Assembly: GCA_041674185.1 (NCBI GenBank)
Contig: JBAYWE010000005.1
Coordinates: forward strand, 1-62,701
DNA: 62,701 bases
Origin: Minisyncoccota bacterium
GTDB lineage: Bacteria > Patescibacteriota > Minisyncoccia > UBA6257 > JAGOQP01
Direction: 5' to 3'
The first letter of the stretch is position 1. Each line of letters starts with the position of its first letter. The notes beneath the pieces were generated by a model. The model searched no databases. It saw only the letters and a list, made by a program, of their open reading frames with translations, and was not told where the DNA came from. Shown here piece after piece: positions 54,210-62,701 of this stretch. The position numbers and the translations under genes are program-made.

Positions 54210-54656
54210 TTAGTTAAGTATCTCTTCAAGCTTCTTTTCTAAATCTTCATTCGTAACCGCATGAGATTGTTTTTCTTCTGAGAGTGCCTCTTTTTCTGAA
54301 GTCTCAGAGGTACGACGAGGAGATCCCTCACTCGCAGAAATAAATTCACGTTTGATGGGCTTATTAATCAATAAGAAGCGGAGCACATGAGATTCTAAAC
54401 GCAATTCGTGAGTAAAATCTTTCATGTGTTCAGGAGTGGCCATAAAATAGACATACCCAAACAAAGCGCTTGTTTCTTTCTTAATAGGATATGCGAGTAC
54501 AATACGTTTTATCTCACTTTGAGAAGTTGTCGTACAACCAAACTTAGTAAGCATTCCTTGTAATGCAGCAATTCCCTCTTCGTCTTTCAATAGAAAAGAC
54601 AATTCATATTCTTTTTTCTCTTCAATTTGATCCATAGGTGTTTTAGACAATATCAT
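54210..54656 (-). CDS. rpsF: 30S ribosomal protein S6 with an acidic C-terminal extension
   Basis: 148 aa. YELSFLL start and the rpsF-ssb-rpsR gene order. Confidence 0.75.
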   Translation of the reverse strand: MILSKTPMDQIEEKKEYELSFLLKDEEGIAALQGMLTKFGCTTTSQSEIKRIVLAYPIKKETSALFGYVYFMATPEHMKDFTHELRLESHVLRFLLINKPIKREFISASEGSPRRTSETSEKEALSEEKQSHAVTNEDLEKKLEEILN

Positions 54657-54689
54657 AAAAATGTTGACGTTTCAAGTGGTATATTAGGC

Positions 54690-57600
54690 TTATTCATTTT
54701 CATCACGTGAGGCCTGCGGTGTCGACTCTTTCGTATGTTGAACATCTCGTTGTGTACCAGCTTCTAATCCAGTTCCCGCAGGAATGAAGCGCCCAATAAT
54801 AACATTCTCCTTTAATCCTCGTAATTTATCGATTTTACACTCGGAAGCAGCATTTACTAAGACACGAGCAGTTTCCTGGAACGATGCGGCTGAAAGGAAG
54901 CTTTCGGTTGTCAGGGCGGCTCGAGTAATACCCAATAAGAGCTGTCGTGCTTTTGCTGGAATTTTTCCTTTTGTTTGTAGCATACGATTTACTTCAAGGA
55001 ATCGTGCTTTTTCAATAATTTGCCCTCGTACAAAACTACTATCTCCCGTTTCTTTAATAAGAACACGAGAAAACATTTGTTTTACAATAACTTCAATATG
55101 TTTATCACTGATAATACTTCCATTGGAAACATAAATCTTTTGCACTTCATTGATAACATATTTCTCAACAGCCTCTTTTCCTTTCAAAACAAATAATTCT
55201 TTCAAATCAATACTACCTTCATGCAACGGCATTCCTTTTTCAACCTTATCTCCCACTGAATAGAAAATAGTCGCATTCCATGGTACTTGATATTCAGCAA
55301 CTTTTTCTTGAGCCTTCTTTCCTTTGGCACGCGTGGTACTTCGTAATTTAATAATACGAGCAACGTGACGATCTTCAATTTCTTCAATCACCCCATCCTC
55401 TTTTGCAAGTGAAGCGCGTCCTTTGGGAGCTCGTGCCTCAAGAATTTCTTGAATACGAGGCAATCCAGAAGTAATATCTTTTTCCGCAACTCCTCCTGAA
55501 TGGAAAGTACGAAGGGTCAGCTGCGTTCCTGGTTCTCCAATAGATTGAGCTGCAATAATACCAATCGCTTCTCCAGTATGAATAGGGCGAAGTCTTCCGA
55601 GATCAAGGCCGTAACACTTGGAGCATACTCCATATAAAGAACGACACGTAATAGGTGATCGTACGACAACTTCAGATACTGTTGAATTCAGAATTGCTTC
55701 TCCTACAACACGATCCACAATTTGTCCTTCACGGGCAATAATTTTATTTCCCTCTTTCACATCATGAGCAAGGGTACGTCCAAACAAACGGACATTAAAT
55801 GCAAATCCATATTCAGCTCCCACCGCACGTTCCACAGTAATACCATCACTGGTATGACAATCATCTTTATTAATCGTGATATCCTGACAGACATCAACCA
55901 TCTTACGAGTCATATATCCAGCCTCTGCAGTTTTCAAAGCAGTATCGGTAAGTCCTTTACGTGCTCCGTGTGTGTTAATAAAGAATTCCAACACAGAAAG
56001 TCCCTCTTTGTAAGAAGAAATAACAGGAAGTTCAATAGTATCTCCTTGTGGATTAGTCAAAAGTCCTTTCATACCAATCATTTGGTTTGTCTGAGCCCAT
56101 GAACCACGAGATCCAGAATCAATAATATTGAAAATAGGATTCTCCCCTTGTTCAACAAGTGCACGAGGAGCCGTCGCGGCAACCTCTTCTTTTGCTCCAT
56201 TCCAAATTTGAATAGCACGCGCTTTCTTTTCATCAGCATCAAAAAATCCATCTTCATATTGTTTTTCAATACCTCGTACCTGTGCGCGAGCTTTTGCAAC
56301 AATAGTTTCTTTTTCTTTTGGTACGCGTAAATCAAATGTACTCCACGTCGTTCCTGATAATGCCGCATATCTAAATCCAAGAACCTTAATCGCGTCTAAA
56401 AATTCCCACGCCGTATCCAATCCAATAACATCAACATAGCGAGCAACTAATTTCTGTAAATTCTTCTTATTCATGAGATCGTTCACATATCCCATTTCCT
56501 CAGGAATAATAGAATTGAAAATAAGACGTCCTATCGAAGTTTGATCGGGGCAGAGTGAAGGAATAAGAACTGGCTCGTTAATACGCACCACACCAAATTC
56601 AAGAGCCATAAGTGCTTCTGATTCTTCAGAAAAACGATGTACGTGTTCAGCATCTACCTCGCCCACAACCTTAGTAAGATAATAGCAGCCCAACACAATA
56701 TCTAACGACGGAGTCGCAACTGGTTCTCCATTTGAAGGACGGATAATATTTTTTGAAGAAAGCATTCTATCCCACGCTTCATCTTGAGCTTCTTTTGAAA
56801 GAGGCACATGTACAGCCATTTGATCTCCATCGAAGTCCGCGTTAAAAGCACTACACACCATGGGTGGAATACGAATAGCAAGATCTTCAATAAGAACTGG
56901 TTTAAAAGCTTGAATACCCAATCGATGCAAGGTGGGCGCACGGTTCAATAACACCGCTTTATTCTGAATAACTTCTTCTAAAATTTCCCAAACTTCTGGA
57001 ATTCCCTGTTCAATAAGACGGCTCGCATTTTTAATGTTATGAGCCATTCCTCTATCCAAAAGCTGATTGATAATAAATGGCTTAAATAATTCAAGCGCCA
57101 TTTTTTTAGGAAGACCACATTCATTTAATTTTAAGTCTTGTCCCACCACAATTACCGAACGTCCTGAATAGTCAACGCGCTTTCCCAACAAGTTTTGACG
57201 AAATCGTCCTTGTTTTCCTTTTAAGATATCAGCGAGTGATTTTAAGGGGCGGTTTTGAGAAGACATTTGCTGACGACCAAACCGAGTCGTGTTATCAATC
57301 AATGCATCAACTGCTTCTTGCAACATACGCTTTTCATTCGTCACAATAATTTCAGGAGCACGTAATTCAACCAGTTTTTCTAATCGATTATTGCGGTTAA
57401 TCACGCGACGATACAAATCATTCAAATCAGAACTTGCAAATCGATTTCCATCCAAAGCAACCATAGGACGCAAATCAGGAGGAAGTACCGGAAGAACCGT
57501 CATAACCATCCACTCAGGACGAATACCATTTTTATGGAATGAGGTAAGAACCCGTAAGCGATGTAATAATTTTTTCTCAGCAATATTGTCTGATTTTTTA

Positions 57601-58316
57601 CCTAATCGCTCAACCGCTTTCTCAGTTTCAGCGATCTCTTTCTTAAGATTAATTTTTTCTAAAATTTTGCGAATAGCTTCAGCTCCCGTACCTGCCTCAA
57701 ATACATCACCCAACTTACGAGAAAAATCAAAATATTCTAATTCATTAATGATGGTTCCCACTTTAAGCCCCATAAGAAAATCACGAATCGTCGCATATGA
57801 TTTTTCCATCTGCTCAAGCGCCTCTCCTTCATTTTCTTTCTTTCTGTTTTTGAATTCAGTCTTTAAATTTTCAATAGCATCTAAACGACGATCTTCATGC
57901 ACGGACGTCACAATATACGCGGCATAATAAACCACTTTTTCCAATTTACTAATAGGCGCATCAAAGAAAATGCCTATTTTTGAATTCCCCGTTTTTAAAA
58001 ACCAAATATGTGCAACAGGAGCCGCGAGTTTAATGTGTCCCATGCGTTCACGGCGTACAATAGCACGAGTTACTTCCACACCGCATTTATCACACGTCGT
58101 CCCCTTATATCGCAAACCCTTAAACTTACCACAGTAACATTTATAATCTTTCGTGGGACCGAAAATACGCTCAGAAAACAACCCATCTTTTTCTGGTCGT
58201 TGCGTACGATAATTAATAGTCTCTGGTTTGGTAACCTCTCCATATGAGGAAGCAACAACTTCATCAGGAGAAGGAATTTTTAATCGAATATAATCAAAAT
58301 CAAAAAATGTAGACAT
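54690..58316 (-). CDS. rpoC: DNA-directed RNA polymerase subunit beta'
   Basis: 1208 aa. Zn finger [13 protein letters not shown] and catalytic NADFDGD. Confidence 0.97.
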   Translation of the reverse strand: MSTFFDFDYIRLKIPSPDEVVASSYGEVTKPETINYRTQRPEKDGLFSERIFGPTKDYKCYCGKFKGLRYKGTTCDKCGVEVTRAIVRRERMGHIKLAAPVAHIWFLKTGNSKIGIFFDAPISKLEKVVYYAAYIVTSVHEDRRLDAIENLKTEFKNRKKENEGEALEQMEKSYATIRDFLMGLKVGTIINELEYFDFSRKLGDVFEAGTGAEAIRKILEKINLKKEIAETEKAVERLGKKSDNIAEKKLLHRLRVLTSFHKNGIRPEWMVMTVLPVLPPDLRPMVALDGNRFASSDLNDLYRRVINRNNRLEKLVELRAPEIIVTNEKRMLQEAVDALIDNTTRFGRQQMSSQNRPLKSLADILKGKQGRFRQNLLGKRVDYSGRSVIVVGQDLKLNECGLPKKMALELFKPFIINQLLDRGMAHNIKNASRLIEQGIPEVWEILEEVIQNKAVLLNRAPTLHRLGIQAFKPVLIEDLAIRIPPMVCSAFNADFDGDQMAVHVPLSKEAQDEAWDRMLSSKNIIRPSNGEPVATPSLDIVLGCYYLTKVVGEVDAEHVHRFSEESEALMALEFGVVRINEPVLIPSLCPDQTSIGRLIFNSIIPEEMGYVNDLMNKKNLQKLVARYVDVIGLDTAWEFLDAIKVLGFRYAALSGTTWSTFDLRVPKEKETIVAKARAQVRGIEKQYEDGFFDADEKKARAIQIWNGAKEEVAATAPRALVEQGENPIFNIIDSGSRGSWAQTNQMIGMKGLLTNPQGDTIELPVISSYKEGLSVLEFFINTHGARKGLTDTALKTAEAGYMTRKMVDVCQDITINKDDCHTSDGITVERAVGAEYGFAFNVRLFGRTLAHDVKEGNKIIAREGQIVDRVVGEAILNSTVSEVVVRSPITCRSLYGVCSKCYGLDLGRLRPIHTGEAIGIIAAQSIGEPGTQLTLRTFHSGGVAEKDITSGLPRIQEILEARAPKGRASLAKEDGVIEEIEDRHVARIIKLRSTTRAKGKKAQEKVAEYQVPWNATIFYSVGDKVEKGMPLHEGSIDLKELFVLKGKEAVEKYVINEVQKIYVSNGSIISDKHIEVIVKQMFSRVLIKETGDSSFVRGQIIEKARFLEVNRMLQTKGKIPAKARQLLLGITRAALTTESFLSAASFQETARVLVNAASECKIDKLRGLKENVIIGRFIPAGTGLEAGTQRDVQHTKESTPQASRDENE

Positions 58317-58327
58317 AGGGTGGGAAA

Positions 58328-61300
58328 TTATTCATTAATATCTTCTTTTTTTACGGGTTCAATTTTGAATCCAAGCGCGTTGATTTCGTTTGTTAACACG
58401 TTAAACGCAGATGGATTATTTGATGCCCGAATTGGTTCGCCCTTGACGATTGCCTCAAATGCGGCGGCGCGTCCCAGCACGTCGTCCGATTTTATAGTTA
58501 ACATTTCTTGTAAGGTATGAGCGGCCCCATATCCTTCAAGTGCCCATACTTCCATTTCTCCGAATCGTTGTCCTCCAAATTGAGCCTTTCCTCCTAATGG
58601 CTGTTGAGTCACTAATGAGTATGGTCCAATAGAACGCATGTGAATCTTGTCCTCTACTAAATGGTTCAGTTTCAACATATAGATATACCCCACGGTAACA
58701 TCTTGATCGAATCTCTTTCCTGTTTGTCCATCATATACCACCAATTTTCCATTTTCAGGATATCCTGCCTCCTTTAATTCATGTTGGATATCATCTTCGG
58801 TTGCTCCGGTAAACACAGGGGTCACCACTCGATATCCAAGTTTATGAGCCGCAAGTCCTAAATGAGTTTCAAGCACTTGTCCCAAGTTCATACGAGAAGC
58901 AACTCCTAATGGATTCAATACAATATCTACCGGAGTTCCATCAGCTAAATACGGCATATCTTCCACTGCGCGAATACGAGAGATAACCCCCTTATTTCCA
59001 TGGCGTCCTGCGAGCTTATCTCCAGCGCGTACTTTACGTAATTGTGCAACTTCAACTTGAATTTTTTTGATAACCCCAGGATCTAATTTATCTCCTCGCT
59101 CACGTGAAAATACTTTAATACCAACCACCCGTCCTGATTTTCCATGAGGCATATAGAGTGACGTATCTTTCACATCACGCGCCTTCTCTCCAAAAATAGA
59201 GCGCAATAATTTTTCTTCAGAGGTCAATTCCGTTTCCCCCTTAGGAGAAATTTTACCAACAAGAATATCTCCGGCGCGTACTTCTGCTCCAATACGAACA
59301 ACCCCCTCTTCATCAAGATTACGAAGTTTGTCTTCGGAAACATTTGGAATATCGGATGTAGTAACTTCCGGTCCTAATTTAGTATCACGCACATCACACG
59401 CAAAATCTTCAATATAAATAGAAGTAAAACGATCTTGTTGTACTACACGCTCAGAAAGTACAATGGCGTCTTCAAAATTTCCTCCGAAGAACGGTAAGAA
59501 TGCAACAAGTAAATTCTGTCCTAATGCAAGTGTTCCATGATCCGTTGAAGGACCATCGGCAATAATATCTCCCTTCTTTACTTTTGTTCCAGGAAGAAGA
59601 ATTGGTTTTTGATTAATAGTGGTATATTGGTTTGAACGACGGAATTTTTTCATATCATAGGAATGCAGGGTACCACTCTTTCCTTTTACCGTAATAGCTT
59701 GTCCATCTACTTTCGAAATTTCTCCATCTTCAGGGGCAAGTACCACACGTCCAGAATCATGAGCAACCACATCCTCAAATCCTGTGCCTACTAACGGCAT
59801 CTGTGGTCGCACTGAAGGGACTGCCTGACGTTGCATGTTTGAACCCATAAGCGCACGGTTTGCATCATCATGTTCCAAAAAGGGAATAATATTGGTTGCA
59901 GAACTCACCACTTGTGTGGGAGAAACATCCATAAAATCAACTTCATTTCGCGTACACATTCCTGGTTCTCCATTAATACGCGCCTCAACATCTTCATGTA
60001 TAATTTTACGATGAGCATCAATCTCGGTTCCTCCTTCTGCAATTTTATATTTAGTCTCCTCTGCCGCATCCATATAGACAACCTCCTCAGTTACCACCCC
60101 ATGCTTTACACGCACATAGGGAGTTTCCAAAAATCCCAATCTATTCACACGGGCAAAAGTAGATAAGTGAACAATTAATCCAATATTTTGTCCTTCAGGT
60201 GTTTCAATAGGACACACGCGTCCATAATGAGACGTATGGACATCACGCACTTCAAATCCCGCACGTTCACGGGTCAGTCCACCAGGACCAAGAGCTGACA
60301 AACGACGTTTATGTTCCAATTCAGCTAATGGATTAATTTGATCCATAAACTGAGACAATTGAGAAGAAACTAAAAATTCACGCACCACAGAAGAAAGTGG
60401 TTTGGGATTTATAAGTTGCATAGGAGTCAACATTGCAGATTCAGTCGTAGACATACGATCTTGAATAATACGACGCATACGAGCAAAACCCACACGCATA
60501 CGACCCTGCAATAATTCTCCTACGCTCCGCACACGACGATTTGATAAACTATCAATATCATCAGGCATTGCCTTTGGTTCATTATTTAATCGAATAATCT
60601 CTTTCACAATTAAAACCAAATCCTCTAAACGCACCAATTGAGTCGTTACCTTTTCAGTAATACGAAGTCGTTGATTAAATTTATATCGTCCTACCTCAGA
60701 TAAACTAAAACGATCTGTTCTTTGAAACATACCATCTATAAGTCCTTTTGCGTTATCCACACTCGCTAAATCCCCAGGACGTAACCGTTTATACATTTCA
60801 ATATATGAAGCATCCACATCATGAGCAACATCTTTTTTAAGAGTTGCTTCTATATATTTAACTACCCCTGTATCAACACCCGCAAACGCTTTTTTGATTT
60901 CTTCATCGGTCGCCATACCAAATACGCGCAACAATGAGGTGCACGGCACTTTACGATGTTTATCAATTTTTACCTCGATAGATCCATTTGCATCAGTTTC
61001 AAATTCCATCCAACTTCCTCGATCCGGAATAATCTTTGCACCAAAATATTTCTTTCCTTTAATACCACGTGCAGTGAAGTTAACTCCCGCAGAACGGATA
61101 AACTGTGACACAACCACACGCTCCACACCATTCAAAACAAAAGTTCCCCGATCAGTCATAACAGGATAATCACCAAGATATACATCCTGAGTCATCTCCC
61201 GTTTTGAAGGAAGGTGCACTAAGCGAACTTTTGCACGAAGCGCAGCTTCATATGTAGATCCTCTCTGCCATGATTCTTCTTCTGAAAACTTAGGTTCATC

Positions 61301-61495
61301 AAAAGAATATCCTTCAAAAAATAATTCATATTCTTTGGCAGTATAATCCTTAATAGGAGATACTTCAGCAAATAATTCTTTAATACCATGATCGACAAAC
61401 CACTTCCACGAATTATTTTGGATTTCTGCCAAATAAGGACGTTTGGTAAAATCTCCAAAATGCTTAGAAAACGACTTAACACGTAACGTATGCAT
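58328..61495 (-). CDS. rpoB: DNA-directed RNA polymerase subunit beta
   Basis: 1055 aa. GRHGNKGV and [14 protein letters not shown] motifs. Confidence 0.97.
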   Translation of the reverse strand: MHTLRVKSFSKHFGDFTKRPYLAEIQNNSWKWFVDHGIKELFAEVSPIKDYTAKEYELFFEGYSFDEPKFSEEESWQRGSTYEAALRAKVRLVHLPSKREMTQDVYLGDYPVMTDRGTFVLNGVERVVVSQFIRSAGVNFTARGIKGKKYFGAKIIPDRGSWMEFETDANGSIEVKIDKHRKVPCTSLLRVFGMATDEEIKKAFAGVDTGVVKYIEATLKKDVAHDVDASYIEMYKRLRPGDLASVDNAKGLIDGMFQRTDRFSLSEVGRYKFNQRLRITEKVTTQLVRLEDLVLIVKEIIRLNNEPKAMPDDIDSLSNRRVRSVGELLQGRMRVGFARMRRIIQDRMSTTESAMLTPMQLINPKPLSSVVREFLVSSQLSQFMDQINPLAELEHKRRLSALGPGGLTRERAGFEVRDVHTSHYGRVCPIETPEGQNIGLIVHLSTFARVNRLGFLETPYVRVKHGVVTEEVVYMDAAEETKYKIAEGGTEIDAHRKIIHEDVEARINGEPGMCTRNEVDFMDVSPTQVVSSATNIIPFLEHDDANRALMGSNMQRQAVPSVRPQMPLVGTGFEDVVAHDSGRVVLAPEDGEISKVDGQAITVKGKSGTLHSYDMKKFRRSNQYTTINQKPILLPGTKVKKGDIIADGPSTDHGTLALGQNLLVAFLPFFGGNFEDAIVLSERVVQQDRFTSIYIEDFACDVRDTKLGPEVTTSDIPNVSEDKLRNLDEEGVVRIGAEVRAGDILVGKISPKGETELTSEEKLLRSIFGEKARDVKDTSLYMPHGKSGRVVGIKVFSRERGDKLDPGVIKKIQVEVAQLRKVRAGDKLAGRHGNKGVISRIRAVEDMPYLADGTPVDIVLNPLGVASRMNLGQVLETHLGLAAHKLGYRVVTPVFTGATEDDIQHELKEAGYPENGKLVVYDGQTGKRFDQDVTVGYIYMLKLNHLVEDKIHMRSIGPYSLVTQQPLGGKAQFGGQRFGEMEVWALEGYGAAHTLQEMLTIKSDDVLGRAAAFEAIVKGEPIRASNNPSAFNVLTNEINALGFKIEPVKKEDINE

Positions 61496-61533
61496 AGAGT
61501 TCTATGTGGGTTAAAAACGACAATAAAAGACCT

Positions 61534-61550
61534 CCCTCTTCCTCAGAGGG
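61534..61550 (-). terminator. Hairpin ccctct/agaggg plus a T-rich tail about 40 nt upstream of the rpoB ATG (upstream-gene terminator or leader attenuator)
   Basis: 6-bp stem. On the minus strand it is followed by tcttttattgtcgttttt. Confidence 0.3.
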
Positions 61551-61761
61551 CATCAATATTGTTCATATTAATAATGTAGTTGGCGCAATTTACGCTGGAT
61601 TTCCCTGCCCATTATGGGGCACTGAAAAACGATAGAGAATTGCATCACCTCTATAATTACATATACCGCAGACCGAGTCAATATTGACATGGGGATAACT
61701 TGTGTACCCATTCTATCACTCAACTTTTCTGAGGAAAGAAAAAGAATCTAAATGTCAAATC

Positions 61762-62701
61762 TTATTTGGTTGCATTGTAGATAGATTGGATTTCTGAAGA
61801 AGATAATCCACGATTATATATTCTATGATCGTCTATAGTAATAAAACCAGATCTCCAACTTGAATTAATATAGTACCGCGAATTCTCTAAAACAACATTA
61901 AAGTTTGCGGCGCCACAATTTGTGACTTCGCTACCATCAAGATACATTCTAATAGTAGACCCTATTTTAGAAAAAGAAATCATATGCCACGAATTAAAAT
62001 ATGCAGCATAATCAATACCACAATTAATAGATGGACCACTGGGATAATACATATGATAAATACCAACAAACGTAGAATTATCTGTATTGAGGACTTCCAT
62101 ATCTCCGTATTGAGCTGAATGAGCATAATTACCAAAGAAATCAAATCCCAGTAAATCACCCCGACGTGTTGCTTTTACCCAAGCAGTTGTCGTGAAATTA
62201 TTTACGCCATGATTAAGCTGAGAAGCTGGATTTACAGACGCAAATGCAGTGTCAGGAAAATATAAACACCCCCCCGTTTTACAAAAAGAATCTGTTTGCC
62301 AAATATATCCGGAACCAGAAATACCAAGATGATATCCAAAAGGACCAGAATCCCGAATGGTGACACCACTCCCCTCATCAAAGGTCCAATAACTAATAAG
62401 ACCAGTGAGTGGTTGTCCCAAAGAAAGATTAGACCCTATTTCTATCTTTTCAGGAGCAGTACCCCCATCCTCTTGTGCACGAGAAAAATATTTTTTTGAT
62501 TCGAGGGTGCTTGATAAAAAGAAATTAGAAATACCCGGAGTATAGAGATAATACAAATTAGAAGTGACAGATTGACTTGGATCTATCGGGAGACGAGGGA
62601 GTGATTGTATTGATGAGGTGAAGTCTATGGGAAGCCAACCAGAGCTATTGAGGAGGGTGGATGAGGCAGTCGGAACACAATGGTAGGTATAGCCTATCGG
62701 G
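61762..62701 (-). CDS. LamG/concanavalin-A-like domain protein (5' end beyond the window)
   Basis: SYWTFDEGSG and DDHRIYNRGLSSSEI are Laminin_G_3 hallmarks. My own translation shows the frame stays open from 62556 to 62701, so the TTG listed in the ORF track is probably not the true start. Confidence 0.7.
   Translation of the reverse strand, partial: PIGYTYHCVPTASSTLLNSSGWLPIDFTSSIQSLPRLPIDPSQSVTSNLYYLYTPGISNFFLSSTLESKKYFSRAQEDGGTAPEKIEIGSNLSLGQPLTGLISYWTFDEGSGVTIRDSGPFGYHLGISGSGYIWQTDSFCKTGGCLYFPDTAFASVNPASQLNHGVNNFTTTAWVKATRRGDLLGFDFFGNYAHSAQYGDMEVLNTDNSTFVGIYHMYYPSGPSINCGIDYAAYFNSWHMISFSKIGSTIRMYLDGSEVTNCGAANFNVVLENSRYYINSSWRSGFITIDDHRIYNRGLSSSEIQSIYNATK

Noticed and set aside
1-62701. 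Alternative genetic code (UGA recoding, as in Gracilibacteria/Absconditabacteria).
   Set aside because: Long conserved genes (rpoB, rpoC, ligA, pilB) are uninterrupted under the standard code, and TGA is used as a terminal stop, for example in the gene ending at 3476.

Overview
Gene-dense, A+T-rich bacterial window, almost entirely transcribed from the minus strand. The gene content is most consistent with a reduced Patescibacteria/CPR-type genome, which is an inference:
- a complete type IV pilus/competence set (pilM-N-O, pilB, pilT, pilC, pilD, about six pilin-like genes, ComFC, split ComEC);
- a sortase and giant PKD/LamG/ice-binding-like surface proteins;
- a split transketolase with RpiB and an Rpe-like gene;
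- LDH, a short AspRS, parAB, rpsF-ssb-rpsR and rpoB-rpoC;
- seven tRNAs;
- almost no Shine-Dalgarno sequences upstream of core genes.

Most notable observations:
1. At 47.4-48.9 kb, a radical SAM/SPASM enzyme with an RRE-like N-terminus is followed 20 nt later by a strongly RBS-driven 51-aa peptide with a Cys-rich C-terminus. This is a candidate RiPP locus. It lies in a compositionally distinct patch that also holds a T9SS C-terminal-sorting-domain protein (unexpected in this genome type) and an HExxH protein.
2. A roughly 140-180 nt element occurs three times, each immediately downstream of a tRNA gene and its hairpin (tRNA-Gly, tRNA-Leu, tRNA-Pro). Two copies are clearly conserved; the third is diverged. 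Each copy carries a segment antisense to the T-arm of its own tRNA and ends in a direct copy of that tRNA's 3' end. At least one compensatory stem change separates two copies. I cannot assign it to a known RNA or mobile-element family.
3. MurA carries an N-terminal XRE-type HTH, and a 24-bp inverted repeat sits in the divergent murA-murB promoter region.

No rRNA, CRISPR array, transposase or integrase was seen.
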